A DNA stretch of 64,000 nucleotides from a virus (Duplodnaviria > Heunggongvirae > Uroviricota > Caudoviricetes), in the IMG/VR virus record IMGVR_UViG_3300043436_001089; one strand, 5' to 3'. Shown one piece after another: positions 48,830 through 58,976 of this stretch (its first letter is position 1; the number at the start of each line of letters is the position of its first letter). A model generated the notes under the pieces. That model did not search any database and was not told the DNA's origin. It was given only the letters and a program-made list of their open reading frames with translations. The position numbers were made by a program, and so were the translations under genes.

Positions 48830-50551
48830 ATGCCAAGATTATCACTTTACCACCCAGTAAAATCAAACGATTACCGATTCTTTGATAAAACCATTTCGCA
48901 AATGTTTACTGCGGGTGCTACCGACCTGTATGTTCATAAATATATGGGCCCTACTAATCAGGGCCCTAGCAATGATTATACCCAACCTGAATACGCTGAA
49001 CTAAATCCCACTAACATACAAGATTTATTATTTCTAGAGAATAGAGACAGAACATATGATCCAAACATATTTAGATTACGTGGACATTATAATGTACAGA
49101 ATTTAGACTTTGATTTAAGTCAGTTTGGATTATTTTTAAATAATGATATCATTTTTATCACAGTTCACTATAATGATATGATTGATTTAGTAGGTCGTAA
49201 GTTAATGGTAGGGGATGTTATTGAATTACCACACTTGTTAGATTACAATCCATTAAAAGAAACTATACCAGTTGCATTAAAAAGATTCTATCAAGTAACT
49301 GACGGGAACTATGCAAGTGAAGGTTTTAGTCCAACTTGGTTTCCTCATTTATGGCGTATCAAATGTGAACCGTTAGTTGATAGTCAAGAGTTTAGTCAGA
49401 TTCTTAATGAACCTATTAATCAAGATAATTATTTAGGATTATGGGATAAAGATAAAGTATATCCCGCGGGATATACTATAGGATACGGTGATAAGAATTA
49501 TATCTCTAAAATAGAAGTCCCGGCCGGCATAAATCCTCCAAATGCAACTTATTGGCAATTAGATACTGCCCAAGATTTGAAAGATATATTATCTACTTAC
49601 AATAAAAATATCGCAATTAATGATGCTAACTTGGAAGAAGCAAAACGTAATCTACCTAAAGCAGGTTATGACCGCAGTAAATTATATATTGTTCCTACAT
49701 ACGGAGAGTTCTCGACTAACAATACATTGTCCGGTAAGAATAATCAACCTGCGCCTCCTGTAAATGTAAACACAAATTCAAGCGGTGCACCAATTACAGT
49801 TACTGGTACAGTTGCTATGATGCGCAACCCTAATTATAAAAATCCAAGTCCTGTCATTCGTATACCTAAAGAAGCTATAAAAAGCATTTGGGACATGACG
49901 GCTGATGCTGACTTTTCTGTAGACCCAATTGACGCATTTGTTCAAATGAGTTTAGAAAGCATGGAGCTTGCACCGGAAGCTATCGGCAACGGATCAGGTC
50001 CCTTGCAAGGTGATCGCATACTAGTTGCACAATCATTGGGTGTCATTACAGGACCGTACGGTACTGCTGACAACACTTATGCAACAGCAGACCAGAACCC
50101 TGAATTGCCGGGATTTACCGGTACCGTGTCTACCCAGATGGACTTTAGAGCAGACTGTGATCCTGCATATCAATACATTGCACGTTCAAGTCCAAGATCA
50201 TTTGGATACACGACAGGTTACTTATCCGGTGACGGTACAGCACCTAATGGATTCCCAACTGGTGCTGGCATTGCATTCCCGCAGAATCCACAAGTTGGTG
50301 ATTACTTCTTGCGCATTGATTACTTTCCGCAGTTATTATATCGTTGGGACGGTAAACTTTGGGTTCGTATTTCTGAGAACGTCAGAACAGACACAAGTTT
50401 CAACGCAACAAATACATCACAGTTGTCAGGCTTCATAAATAATGAACGAGAGACAGTATTGACCAGTGGAACAACTGTACCACAAGCTCAACCATTGTCA
50501 AGCATATTACAGTTAACGCCTGATGCTATACCACCGAGAACCAATCTATAA
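48830..50551 (+). CDS. gp14: Neck/head-closure protein (gp14-like) with insertions
   Basis: SQFGLFL.ND, GDVIELP, PHLWRIKCEP; adjacent to gp15-like gene. Confidence 0.7.
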   Translation: MPRLSLYHPVKSNDYRFFDKTISQMFTAGATDLYVHKYMGPTNQGPSNDYTQPEYAELNPTNIQDLLFLENRDRTYDPNIFRLRGHYNVQNLDFDLSQFGLFLNNDIIFITVHYNDMIDLVGRKLMVGDVIELPHLLDYNPLKETIPVALKRFYQVTDGNYASEGFSPTWFPHLWRIKCEPLVDSQEFSQILNEPINQDNYLGLWDKDKVYPAGYTIGYGDKNYISKIEVPAGINPPNATYWQLDTAQDLKDILSTYNKNIAINDANLEEAKRNLPKAGYDRSKLYIVPTYGEFSTNNTLSGKNNQPAPPVNVNTNSSGAPITVTGTVAMMRNPNYKNPSPVIRIPKEAIKSIWDMTADADFSVDPIDAFVQMSLESMELAPEAIGNGSGPLQGDRILVAQSLGVITGPYGTADNTYATADQNPELPGFTGTVSTQMDFRADCDPAYQYIARSSPRSFGYTTGYLSGDGTAPNGFPTGAGIAFPQNPQVGDYFLRIDYFPQLLYRWDGKLWVRISENVRTDTSFNATNTSQLSGFINNERETVLTSGTTVPQAQPLSSILQLTPDAIPPRTNL

Positions 50552-51921
50552 TGGCACAATTTTTCTACGACAATCAAATTCGCAGATTCTTACTACAGTT
50601 TGCAAGAATTTTTAGTAACTGGCAAGTTACTAAAGGTAAAGATCCTGCAGGCAATGATATTTTAGTTCGTGTGCCTGTTATGTACGGTGATAGTAGTCGC
50701 CAGGCTTCAACTATTTTAGCCAACAACAGTGCAAGTAATTTACCAAGCGCGCCGATGATAACGTATTATATCACTGCGTTAGAGTATGACCAGCGTAGAA
50801 CGCAAGATCCTACATTTGTGGACAGAATTAACGTGCGCCAACGTTCATACAATTCAGATACCCAACAGTACGAGCAAGTACAAGGACAAGCATTTACAAT
50901 TGAAAGATTGATGCCAGTACCCTACACATTGCGATTGACAGTTGACTTTTGGACTACTAACTATAATCAAAAACTAGAGTTGATTGAGCAACTAGGTACA
51001 TTGTTCAACCCTTCACTAGAGATTCAAAGCACGGACAACTTCATTGATTGGACATCATTGTCTGTCGTATACCAAGATGGTCTTACTTTTACTAGCCGTA
51101 CAATACCACAGGGTACAGGAAATCCAATTGATGTAATGTCTTGGAAATTTTACATACCTATCTGGTTAAGCACATCTAGTAAATTGAAGAAGATGGGTGT
51201 TATTGAAAAGATTATTGCTAGTATCTACAAAGGAAAAGCACTTGATGATATTCAAGATGATGATTTATTGTTAGGTACTCGTCAGAAGATTACACCATAC
51301 GGATACAAATTATTGTTGATTGGCAACAGTCTACAGTTATTACCTGCGAATGAAGCATTCAATCCACCAAATGAGGACTTAGAATTGCCCGCAGCACCTA
51401 ACACAAGTCTATATTGGACTAGTTTGTTAAACGTATACGGTACTATCAAACCAGGCATTAGTCAGATATGGTTGCAAAATCCATTTATGACTACTGAAAT
51501 CGTAGGTACTATTGTTCCTGATCCAGTAGATGATAGATTGTTAATTTTTAGCATTGACCCGGATACACTACCGCAGAATACATTAGACCCGGTAGATAGC
51601 GTTATCAATCCATTATTAGTTGGTCCCAATGCAGGATTGCCTGGACCAGTCAATGGTCGTAGATATTTGATAGTAGAGTCTATTGGATCAGAAGGCGATT
51701 CTACAGTAGCATGGGGTGACTTGGTTGCTAATGCTAATGATATAATTGAATATAGTACTGGATCTAATTCTTGGAGTGTTGTATTTGATAGTCAAGATGC
51801 AACCGATATAGAATACGTCACAAACTTGACGACAAACGTACAGTATAGATTCACTGACTCTATGTGGATGAAATCATACGAAGGATGGTATGACCAGGGA
51901 GATTATTCTATTGTTATCTAA
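50551..51921 (+). CDS. gp15: Tail terminator / sheath stabiliser (gp15-like)
   Basis: FFYDNQIRRFLLQF, VPV.YG, MPVPY.L, ELIEQL..LFNP. Confidence 0.82.
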   Translation: MAQFFYDNQIRRFLLQFARIFSNWQVTKGKDPAGNDILVRVPVMYGDSSRQASTILANNSASNLPSAPMITYYITALEYDQRRTQDPTFVDRINVRQRSYNSDTQQYEQVQGQAFTIERLMPVPYTLRLTVDFWTTNYNQKLELIEQLGTLFNPSLEIQSTDNFIDWTSLSVVYQDGLTFTSRTIPQGTGNPIDVMSWKFYIPIWLSTSSKLKKMGVIEKIIASIYKGKALDDIQDDDLLLGTRQKITPYGYKLLLIGNSLQLLPANEAFNPPNEDLELPAAPNTSLYWTSLLNVYGTIKPGISQIWLQNPFMTTEIVGTIVPDPVDDRLLIFSIDPDTLPQNTLDPVDSVINPLLVGPNAGLPGPVNGRRYLIVESIGSEGDSTVAWGDLVANANDIIEYSTGSNSWSVVFDSQDATDIEYVTNLTTNVQYRFTDSMWMKSYEGWYDQGDYSIVI

Positions 51922-51938
51922 AATAGATAAATGATAGT

Positions 51939-52355
51939 ATGAGTAACACATCTGCCGGCGTATTCTTCTACTGCGCTAATACTAACCGATATCTATATTT
52001 GTTGAGAACAGATACCAAGAATCCGGGTAATTGGGGAATTCCGGGTGGCAAAATAGAAGACAATGAAACGTTGCTTGAGGGGATTGAACGTGAGTGCTTA
52101 GAGGAACTTGGTCATTTTCCGATTGGCGCTAAGTTAGTGCCCATACAGAAATTTGTAAATCACACTTTTACATACCATACATTCTTTTGTGAAATACTAG
52201 AAGAATTCATTCCCAAATTAAATGATGAACATTGTGGTTATGCTTGGGTAGGTGAAGGACAGTATCCCAAACCATTACATCCGGGTTTGTTTAGTACGGT
52301 GAATTTTGATATCGTACAAGAAAAATTAAACACACTAACAAAAAAAGAGACCTAA
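51939..52355 (+). CDS. NUDIX hydrolase
   Basis: GGKIEDNETLLEGIERECLEELG Nudix box. Confidence 0.93.
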   Translation: MSNTSAGVFFYCANTNRYLYLLRTDTKNPGNWGIPGGKIEDNETLLEGIERECLEELGHFPIGAKLVPIQKFVNHTFTYHTFFCEILEEFIPKLNDEHCGYAWVGEGQYPKPLHPGLFSTVNFDIVQEKLNTLTKKET

Positions 52356-52367
52356 GTCTCTTTTTTT
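52340..52367. terminator. Bidirectional terminator
   Basis: A7-GAGAC-CTAA-GTCTC-T7 between convergent genes. Confidence 0.88.
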
Positions 52368-52677
52368 ATTTTAGCAAGTTTGCTACTGTATCAAATCCAA
52401 GTGATCCTATCACTATACCTGCGCCCATCATCATCCATCTCCACTTTTCTAAAGCAGAGATTTTTGATCCTAATTCTTTGTGTGCCTTAGTATCTTCCTC
52501 ACGCATTTCTTTCAACATATCTCTTGTTTCAGTTGCGTTACGGTCAAGGCATTCATGCATATCTTTCAGACTACTTTTGATCTCACTGACATCTTGTTCA
52601 ATATTTTTAACTTGAACTTGAAGTACAGCAATCTCAGTTTTAGTAGTCTGTGCCGGCATGTTGATAGTTCTAGACAT
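52366..52677 (-). CDS. Coiled-coil protein with C-terminal transmembrane helix
   Basis: Heptad pattern followed by WRWMMMGAGIVIGSLG. Confidence 0.6.
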   Translation of the reverse strand: MSRTINMPAQTTKTEIAVLQVQVKNIEQDVSEIKSSLKDMHECLDRNATETRDMLKEMREEDTKAHKELGSKISALEKWRWMMMGAGIVIGSLGFDTVANLLK

Positions 52678-53933
52678 TATGCGCTAGCGATTTGTACCAA
52701 TGAGTATGGTTGACCTGCATCAGCATTAGCGGCTGCGGCTGTATTGAACGTTACGTATGCTGGTGTAGCATTAGCAAGTACAATGTTACCTGTAGCAACT
52801 GGACCTGATGTAGCAGTAAACAACTCAGCAGTGTGGTCAGAAAGACTCTGAACTGTTTGAGTAGCACTATTAGCATATGTAGCTAGAACACGCATTGTAT
52901 TTGGTGTTAACGCTGTATTAGCAACGTTAGCCATATAGCACTGTGCCGTTAAACCGCTAGTGGCACCTGTTACAAGATACTTCTGCTTACCTTTTTGACG
53001 AACGATGAAACCTGCTTCGTCATTTGCGTAAACAAATGCGGCGCCAGTTGAGGCAACTGCGGCGTTTGCAACTAGTTCAACTACATCTTGTTGTGCATCA
53101 GGTGTGCCCGTAGCATCGGACAAATCAACTTCTGCTCCAGCTAATGTTGATGAAACAGTAAATGCAGTTGCGTTAGCAATTGCTTTAACAAAATAAACTT
53201 GACCAGATACTAGACCACCCAAGTTAGCAGTAAATCTTACTGTACCATTAGCAAACAATGTCTGAGCATTACCGGTAGTACGAATGATGTTACCAGTGTT
53301 GTTTGTGTTAGCAACAGCAATTGCTGTCAAGCCGCCAACGGTGTTAGCAAAACCTATCGTAGTGTAGTCTGTACTACCGTTGATGTTTGCACTTGCAACT
53401 TGAATAGCAGAACCTACACTTAGTGCGTTTGCCAAATCAGTACCAATACCTGTTACATATGCAGTGTTTGTAGCAGAGTACAACGTACCTGTACCATTAA
53501 CACCAATAGCAACTTGTGCCAATACTTGTTTACCAATAATAGCAGTGTTACCACCAACTACTGAGTATGTGTTAGCGTTTGTTGCTGGGAAGCCTGTTCC
53601 ACCATTAGGATTGTTGAAATAAGCATCAACTACACCAACAGAAGCTGATACTGAACCACCTGTTGTATCAGTTAGTGTAACTGCTGTACGAGATGTATTT
53701 GCGCTTAAATCAGTAGCAGATGCGGTAAAGTTATTAGCATCAATAACTGTTAAAACCCAGTAAGTTGTATTAGCTGTTAGACCACCAACAGTAGTAGCTA
53801 CTGCGAATGGCATACCTGCAATAACTCCATTAGTTGTAAGACTTTGAGATACAGTAACAGCACCTGTTGCCGCTGTTGTATCAGTGATTGTTAAGACTGC
53901 TTGAGCCTTTGCGATTTTTAGAGGACGTCCCAT
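52677..53933 (-). CDS. Putative virion structural protein
   Basis: MGRPLK N-terminus; Ala/Thr-rich; two GGL..TY(W/F)V modules; late promoter. Confidence 0.6.
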   Translation of the reverse strand: MGRPLKIAKAQAVLTITDTTAATGAVTVSQSLTTNGVIAGMPFAVATTVGGLTANTTYWVLTVIDANNFTASATDLSANTSRTAVTLTDTTGGSVSASVGVVDAYFNNPNGGTGFPATNANTYSVVGGNTAIIGKQVLAQVAIGVNGTGTLYSATNTAYVTGIGTDLANALSVGSAIQVASANINGSTDYTTIGFANTVGGLTAIAVANTNNTGNIIRTTGNAQTLFANGTVRFTANLGGLVSGQVYFVKAIANATAFTVSSTLAGAEVDLSDATGTPDAQQDVVELVANAAVASTGAAFVYANDEAGFIVRQKGKQKYLVTGATSGLTAQCYMANVANTALTPNTMRVLATYANSATQTVQSLSDHTAELFTATSGPVATGNIVLANATPAYVTFNTAAAANADAGQPYSLVQIASA

Positions 53934-54036
53934 TTGATTTTCCTTAATATAAATTGCGAGTTCTAGTCGCTACGCAGTGGGTAACTGCATAAACTCTCAG
54001 GATGAGAGTGTATGATGTATTTATCTTAAATGAGTA

Positions 54037-54324
54037 TTATTCTGTACCTGTATTAGCGTGATTCATGCCCAATGTACTAATGCTAAATGCCCCGGCTGTT
54101 CCTGCTACGTTGATGTAAGCAATATAATTACCTTGACCAACTAAGAAGTTATTGTCTACTGTGTTTGCAGGAATAACTTCACCCGTTGTTAGATTAGCCG
54201 TTACATTCGCATTCCCTACTGCTATTGCTATTGCTGATGTTGTTGTAGCAATACGTACTTTGTCAGTAGTAGCTACTGTTGTTAACTGACTTGTGCTGTT
54301 TGCTGTATAAATTGCTGATGCCAT
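54037..54324 (-). CDS. Small beta-rich putative structural protein
   Basis: Follows the fibre gene; Ala/Thr/Asn-rich. Confidence 0.55.
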   Translation of the reverse strand: MASAIYTANSTSQLTTVATTDKVRIATTTSAIAIAVGNANVTANLTTGEVIPANTVDNNFLVGQGNYIAYINVAGTAGAFSISTLGMNHANTGTE

Positions 54325-54339
54325 TTTCTTTTTCCTAAA

Positions 54340-56412
54340 TTATAATCTTCCGACGGCGACTTCAATGACGCCTTCGATACCGTCAAAGTCTTCTAGTGCT
54401 TTGCCGATAACTGTTCCCATTGCAGGGTTATTCCATGGTCTTGCAAATCCATTACCTGCAGATACCATCATATCACCTTTGCGTATTGTACCACGTACTT
54501 TAGTTGGCACACGACCTTGTAGAGCGATTGCTACAGCGACACCTTGACAATTAGCATTCATTGCATATGCAGGGTTAGTCGATACAACACCTGCTACCCG
54601 AGTAGTCCCATCTTCTGCAATTGTAACTTCTTTATCACCACCAAATGCCAACACAGTGCCGGGTTCATACTCAGCATCCGCCTCATAATATTCTGCTAAG
54701 TCAGCGTAAGTCGCTTGTAATTTAGAACCAGTACTCAACGACCAATTACCAGTTATAGTACCTGCATTTGTATTTGCACCCGTTGTTAGCGTCATGTTAT
54801 TGCCACTAATAGTTTGAGCATTAGCAAATGTCAAACTAGTAAATGATGTACTAACACTAGTGATGTTAGGTTGAGCCGCAGTTGTGACAGTACCTGCATT
54901 AACTGCATATGTTGCATTAGCTACAGTACCGGTAACATTAGCACCGGTTAGTGCAGTCAAGCCTGATCCATTGCCGGTAAATATACCAGTGTTAGCTGTA
55001 ACTGCAACTGCTGTTACGGTTCCATTCACCCCTAAACTCGTTAGTGTACCAACACTAGTAATGTTAGGTTGAGCCGCAGTTGTGACAGTGCCTGCTGTAG
55101 CTACATTTAAGTTAGCAACTTGAGTAGTTGATGAGACTACTAACGGGGCAGTACCGGTTGCTACATTTGATATTAGTCTGCTAGCTGTAACATTGCCGGA
55201 AGTAAGAATGTTAGAACCAGTGACGTTTCCGATGGCAACAATAGTTGTGCCGGCTGCTATTGATGTGTTTGAATTTAGGATGGTTGCAGACAAATTACCA
55301 GTTGCGGCATTAAAGCCTAAATTAGCGTTAGCAGCCAATGCTCTGTTTGCTGTTGAGCTACCATTGACAAATACAGGGAAGAATGTTCCTGTAGTTTGTG
55401 CAGTTGTGACACCAAAATCACTTACGTTAGAGTAAGCAACACTTAAGTTACCTACACGTGTTGTACTTGTGACTGTTAGTGGAGCAGTGCCAGTAGCAAT
55501 ATTAGATACAATGTTTGCCGCAGTAACAACTCCGGATGAATTTAAGTTAGCAACGTTTGCATTACCATTCAATGTTAATAAGTTTGTAGTGAAGTTGTAC
55601 GTAAAGTCAGCATCACCATCTAATATATTATTATTGTTGAACTGTATAGTTGTGTTTGATCCGCCGGCTGCGGCTGCACCTGAACTTCCTAAGGAAGTTA
55701 TTGCCAAGGCATTTGGAGAGTTAGTATATGATATGTTCGTGCTAGTAGCGGCAGTCGTCAACGATATGTCAGAGTATAGTCTTACGTTACCAGAAGTTGC
55801 AAAGTCGCTAGCGACTTTAACATAGAATGTATTGCCATTAACTACTGTGTTTGAAACGCCGTTTGCACCGCTGATAGTAATAGCAGTGCCGTTTGTATAA
55901 GGTGTAGTGTTTGCTACTGTTACTAAAATAATGTTTGCATTACCTGCATCACTAGTAATACCTAAAATGTTTGCTCTTAGTGTACCCTTGCTAGTCCAAG
56001 ATAGGTTACCCTGACCGTCAGTTTCTAGTACGTAACCGATAGCACCGCCACCGATCTTAACGTTAGCTACATTACCTAGATGAACCGGGGTGTTTGAGAA
56101 ATACGATGAGTTACCTGGATCTAATGCATTACCGCCTGTGTTGACCCAGACGTTAGATAACTTGTCATAAGCCATTATTTGGCCAGTGACTACGTTATTT
56201 GAAATATCTAAGTTACCGAATGAGCCGTCGATTTGACTGAAGCTGATGTTAGAATATGAAGTTAAAACCTCAACATTCTCATTCGGAGTTGTTTTACCAA
56301 TAAAGAGTCGTTTGGCATCACTAGCCCAACCTAATTCAGCTTCGTCAAGCTGAGGTAGGTCTACTAGATTACCTGATCTTTGTTGGATTTTCGAGATTTG
56401 TACTATAGCCAT
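54340..56412 (-). CDS. Tail fibre with C-terminal intramolecular chaperone (Peptidase G2/IMC-like)
   Basis: ELGWA.D..RLFIG N-terminus; YADLAEYY...GTV...GVVSTNPAY..GRVP.KV.G.I.KGD C-terminus. Confidence 0.8.
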   Translation of the reverse strand: MAIVQISKIQQRSGNLVDLPQLDEAELGWASDAKRLFIGKTTPNENVEVLTSYSNISFSQIDGSFGNLDISNNVVTGQIMAYDKLSNVWVNTGGNALDPGNSSYFSNTPVHLGNVANVKIGGGAIGYVLETDGQGNLSWTSKGTLRANILGITSDAGNANIILVTVANTTPYTNGTAITISGANGVSNTVVNGNTFYVKVASDFATSGNVRLYSDISLTTAATSTNISYTNSPNALAITSLGSSGAAAAGGSNTTIQFNNNNILDGDADFTYNFTTNLLTLNGNANVANLNSSGVVTAANIVSNIATGTAPLTVTSTTRVGNLSVAYSNVSDFGVTTAQTTGTFFPVFVNGSSTANRALAANANLGFNAATGNLSATILNSNTSIAAGTTIVAIGNVTGSNILTSGNVTASRLISNVATGTAPLVVSSTTQVANLNVATAGTVTTAAQPNITSVGTLTSLGVNGTVTAVAVTANTGIFTGNGSGLTALTGANVTGTVANATYAVNAGTVTTAAQPNITSVSTSFTSLTFANAQTISGNNMTLTTGANTNAGTITGNWSLSTGSKLQATYADLAEYYEADAEYEPGTVLAFGGDKEVTIAEDGTTRVAGVVSTNPAYAMNANCQGVAVAIALQGRVPTKVRGTIRKGDMMVSAGNGFARPWNNPAMGTVIGKALEDFDGIEGVIEVAVGRL

Positions 56413-56465
56413 AAGTGTATTCTTTAAAAGAGTTACACTTATTTATCATAATCCCGACCATTACG

Positions 56466-57152
56466 TTAGATGAACTGCATGTAATATTGTTCAACTCGTT
56501 TGAACCACATGTCAGTATATTTCGCAAATTCTTGACCCTCAATGATGAATTCTTGATAGATATTGTCTGCGGTACACATAAAAATCACACCCTTACTAAT
56601 ATTTGTACCGTGTACTTCATTATGTGCGTTAGCATAGGCTGCTAACTGAACAAAATAATCATCAATCCACTCACGCTTTTTTAACTTGTTAGATTGTTTG
56701 TGATCCATGATAGCGGGGCTACCATCATGAACGCCAACCAAGTCAGTTGTTCCGGCATATACTTTAGGAAAGTAAAGGGGAACTTCTGTACCCCAATATT
56801 CATTGCACTTGACAAGTCCTTGTTGAATGATTGAATGTGCCATCTGATGGCTTTGAATGCTATATGGATTGCTTCCGGGTTCACCTGTTTCTCCTGTTTT
56901 GATATAGTTCTCAAGCCACTTGTGCATTCGTGTTCCACGACCTGCGGCTTCTGTTGTAATTTGCTGTGCTTTTTGAACCCCAACACGTTTGCGCCATTCG
57001 GTGAGTGCTTTTTTTGATTCTTCACTTTTAGTTGCGTCTAGGATAGTAGTGACGCTAGGTAGTTTCTCACCATCGGGTGTAGCATAACGGCGTTTACCGT
57101 CAATCTCTACCCTACTCATTGGGATATAATTATATTTGTTGGGTATGTACAT
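56466..57152 (-). CDS. PD-(D/E)XK exonuclease
   Basis: LPSVTTIL, RGTRMH, AGTTDL, IMDHKQS, QLAAYA. Confidence 0.88.
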   Translation of the reverse strand: MYIPNKYNYIPMSRVEIDGKRRYATPDGEKLPSVTTILDATKSEESKKALTEWRKRVGVQKAQQITTEAAGRGTRMHKWLENYIKTGETGEPGSNPYSIQSHQMAHSIIQQGLVKCNEYWGTEVPLYFPKVYAGTTDLVGVHDGSPAIMDHKQSNKLKKREWIDDYFVQLAAYANAHNEVHGTNISKGVIFMCTADNIYQEFIIEGQEFAKYTDMWFKRVEQYYMQFI

Positions 57153-57158
57153 TTGCTA

Positions 57159-57188
57159 ATTTTAGCATTAATGTAGTGTAAAGGTCAA
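57159..57188 (-). promoter_or_regulatory. sigma70 promoter for exonuclease
   Basis: TTGACC-18nt-TAAAAT with extended TG; 6 nt before ATG. Confidence 0.6.
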
Positions 57189-57964
57189 TTAATTTGGCTA
57201 CCGCGCCAAACAGTTTCGTTGTCTCTAGTACGCGGCTTTTCAGTCAATCTAAAACTATTCAACGTTAAATACTCTCCTGAGATAACAGAGGGCGTTTGAT
57301 ACTGTCTAATTATTTCATTGTATGCGTAATCTGCTAATACAACTTGTGCTTCAGGCCCATCGTGCCCACAAGGCAATGCAGGATAATCTCTAGTGATTTC
57401 ATAAAACGGTGTAACTTGTCTAATATTATTGATACAAGTATCAACTATATTTGGAAATCTAGTGCGAACTTTCTCTATTATTTCATCACGATTGCTATCA
57501 CTTGCATAGTCACTCATTATATAAGGAATGTCATGTGCTTTGAATAAGTTCATTAATGATAGCTTATACAAATAGGTTTTTCTATAGAAATCTACATCGT
57601 TCCAGTTATCAAGTAACGCACGTTCTACATTTGTTTTTGGATTAGAATCTGGTAATGACACTATAGTGTAATCATTGTAATCCTTATGTCCTGCAAATTC
57701 GTTATACCAAGATTCTCTTCTCCAATATTGGCTCCATGCAATAACAAAGAAAGGCTTACTACCGGTTGGTAAGTTTTCATAAACATATTCATGTGTTCGG
57801 CGATGAATGCTATCATTGCCGCAACCACGAACTGCTAAGTTAACAACTTTTACTCCTAATTTTTTTGCAAGCAATGTTGGCCATCCCTGCTGTACAGGAT
57901 CTTTTAATCCCTGGCAATAGGTCCAGCTACAACCATTTACTACTAAATGAGTGATTTCTGGCAT
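57185..57964 (-). CDS. SGNH/GDSL hydrolase-like protein
   Basis: VNGCSWT, NLAVRGCGND, terminal GHDG. Confidence 0.65.
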   Translation of the reverse strand: MPEITHLVVNGCSWTYCQGLKDPVQQGWPTLLAKKLGVKVVNLAVRGCGNDSIHRRTHEYVYENLPTGSKPFFVIAWSQYWRRESWYNEFAGHKDYNDYTIVSLPDSNPKTNVERALLDNWNDVDFYRKTYLYKLSLMNLFKAHDIPYIMSDYASDSNRDEIIEKVRTRFPNIVDTCINNIRQVTPFYEITRDYPALPCGHDGPEAQVVLADYAYNEIIRQYQTPSVISGEYLTLNSFRLTEKPRTRDNETVWRGSQIN

Positions 57965-58335
57965 TAGTGTTTTTTTCTATAATCTTCTACTGCGGCTTTG
58001 ATGGCATCTTCTGCTAGAATACTGCAATGTATCTTAACCGGAGGTAGTGCTAATTCTTCTGCTAGTTGCGAATTTTTGATACTTGCAGCCTGGTCTAATG
58101 TTAGACCCTTAACTAACTCGGTTACTAAACTGCTAGAAGCAATAGCACTACCACAGCCGTATGTCTTAAAACGTGCATCTGTAATTATACCATCTACTAC
58201 TTTGATTTGTAACTTCATTACATCACCGCATGCAGGTGCGCCAACCATACCGGTACCTATAGTATCGTCTATGTCAAATTTACCCACATTGCGTGGATTT
58301 TCATAGTGGTCTACAACTTTATCTGAATAAGCCAT
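57964..58335 (-). CDS. iscU: Fe-S cluster scaffold
   Basis: YSDKVVDHYENPRNVG, APACGD, GCGSA, KIHCS. Confidence 0.97.
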   Translation of the reverse strand: MAYSDKVVDHYENPRNVGKFDIDDTIGTGMVGAPACGDVMKLQIKVVDGIITDARFKTYGCGSAIASSSLVTELVKGLTLDQAASIKNSQLAEELALPPVKIHCSILAEDAIKAAVEDYRKKH

Positions 58336-58655
58336 TATACTCTAAAACTTTCTCCGCATCCACAGCGGTCACGTTCATTTGGGTTACTAAATTCAAACCC
58401 TTCGTTCAATCCAGTACGTACATAGTCAATTGTCATATTCTGTATATATGCACAACTTTTGGGGTCTACGAATAAACTGCAACCTTCACAATCTATTTGT
58501 ATATCTTCGGGATTAGGGTTGTCAACATACTCAAGCACATAGGCTAAACCAGAACAGCCTGTCGTTTTGACGCCTATTCTGATTCCTATGCCTTTGCCAC
58601 GTTTGGCAATTGTTTGTTGTACTTTTTTGCTTGCTTTGTCAGTAAGAGAAATCAT
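58335..58655 (-). CDS. iscA: Fe-S cluster A-type carrier
   Basis: GVKTTGCSGLAY and CGCGESF. Confidence 0.97.
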   Translation of the reverse strand: MISLTDKASKKVQQTIAKRGKGIGIRIGVKTTGCSGLAYVLEYVDNPNPEDIQIDCEGCSLFVDPKSCAYIQNMTIDYVRTGLNEGFEFSNPNERDRCGCGESFRV

Positions 58656-58975
58656 TACTTCATTGCGTTATGAGCCATTTGATTGACTACTTTTTGATTG
58701 TCATCTGCATCCGGTGATGTTGGAGCTTCAGACCCTTTAAATATAACCTTGTCCCCTTGAATGTTAGAGATAACATTCTTTAGGGGAGCTTTCTTAATCA
58801 TATTATAAAGGTCTTCTTGATCTAATGACACATCATATTTTTGAAAATATGCTTTGAGTTGGTCTAAGGTCCAGTCTTTAGCAGAACCTTTATCTACTAA
58901 AGACTTTAGTTGATCGCTAACTGTTACAATTTTTGTAAGTAGTGGATCGGGACCATCAAGCTCAAAGAGAAACAT
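58655..58975 (-). CDS. Hypothetical protein
   Basis: Start refined to MFLFELD, just after the upstream stop. Confidence 0.6.
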   Translation of the reverse strand: MFLFELDGPDPLLTKIVTVSDQLKSLVDKGSAKDWTLDQLKAYFQKYDVSLDQEDLYNMIKKAPLKNVISNIQGDKVIFKGSEAPTSPDADDNQKVVNQMAHNAMK

Positions 58976-58976
58976 A

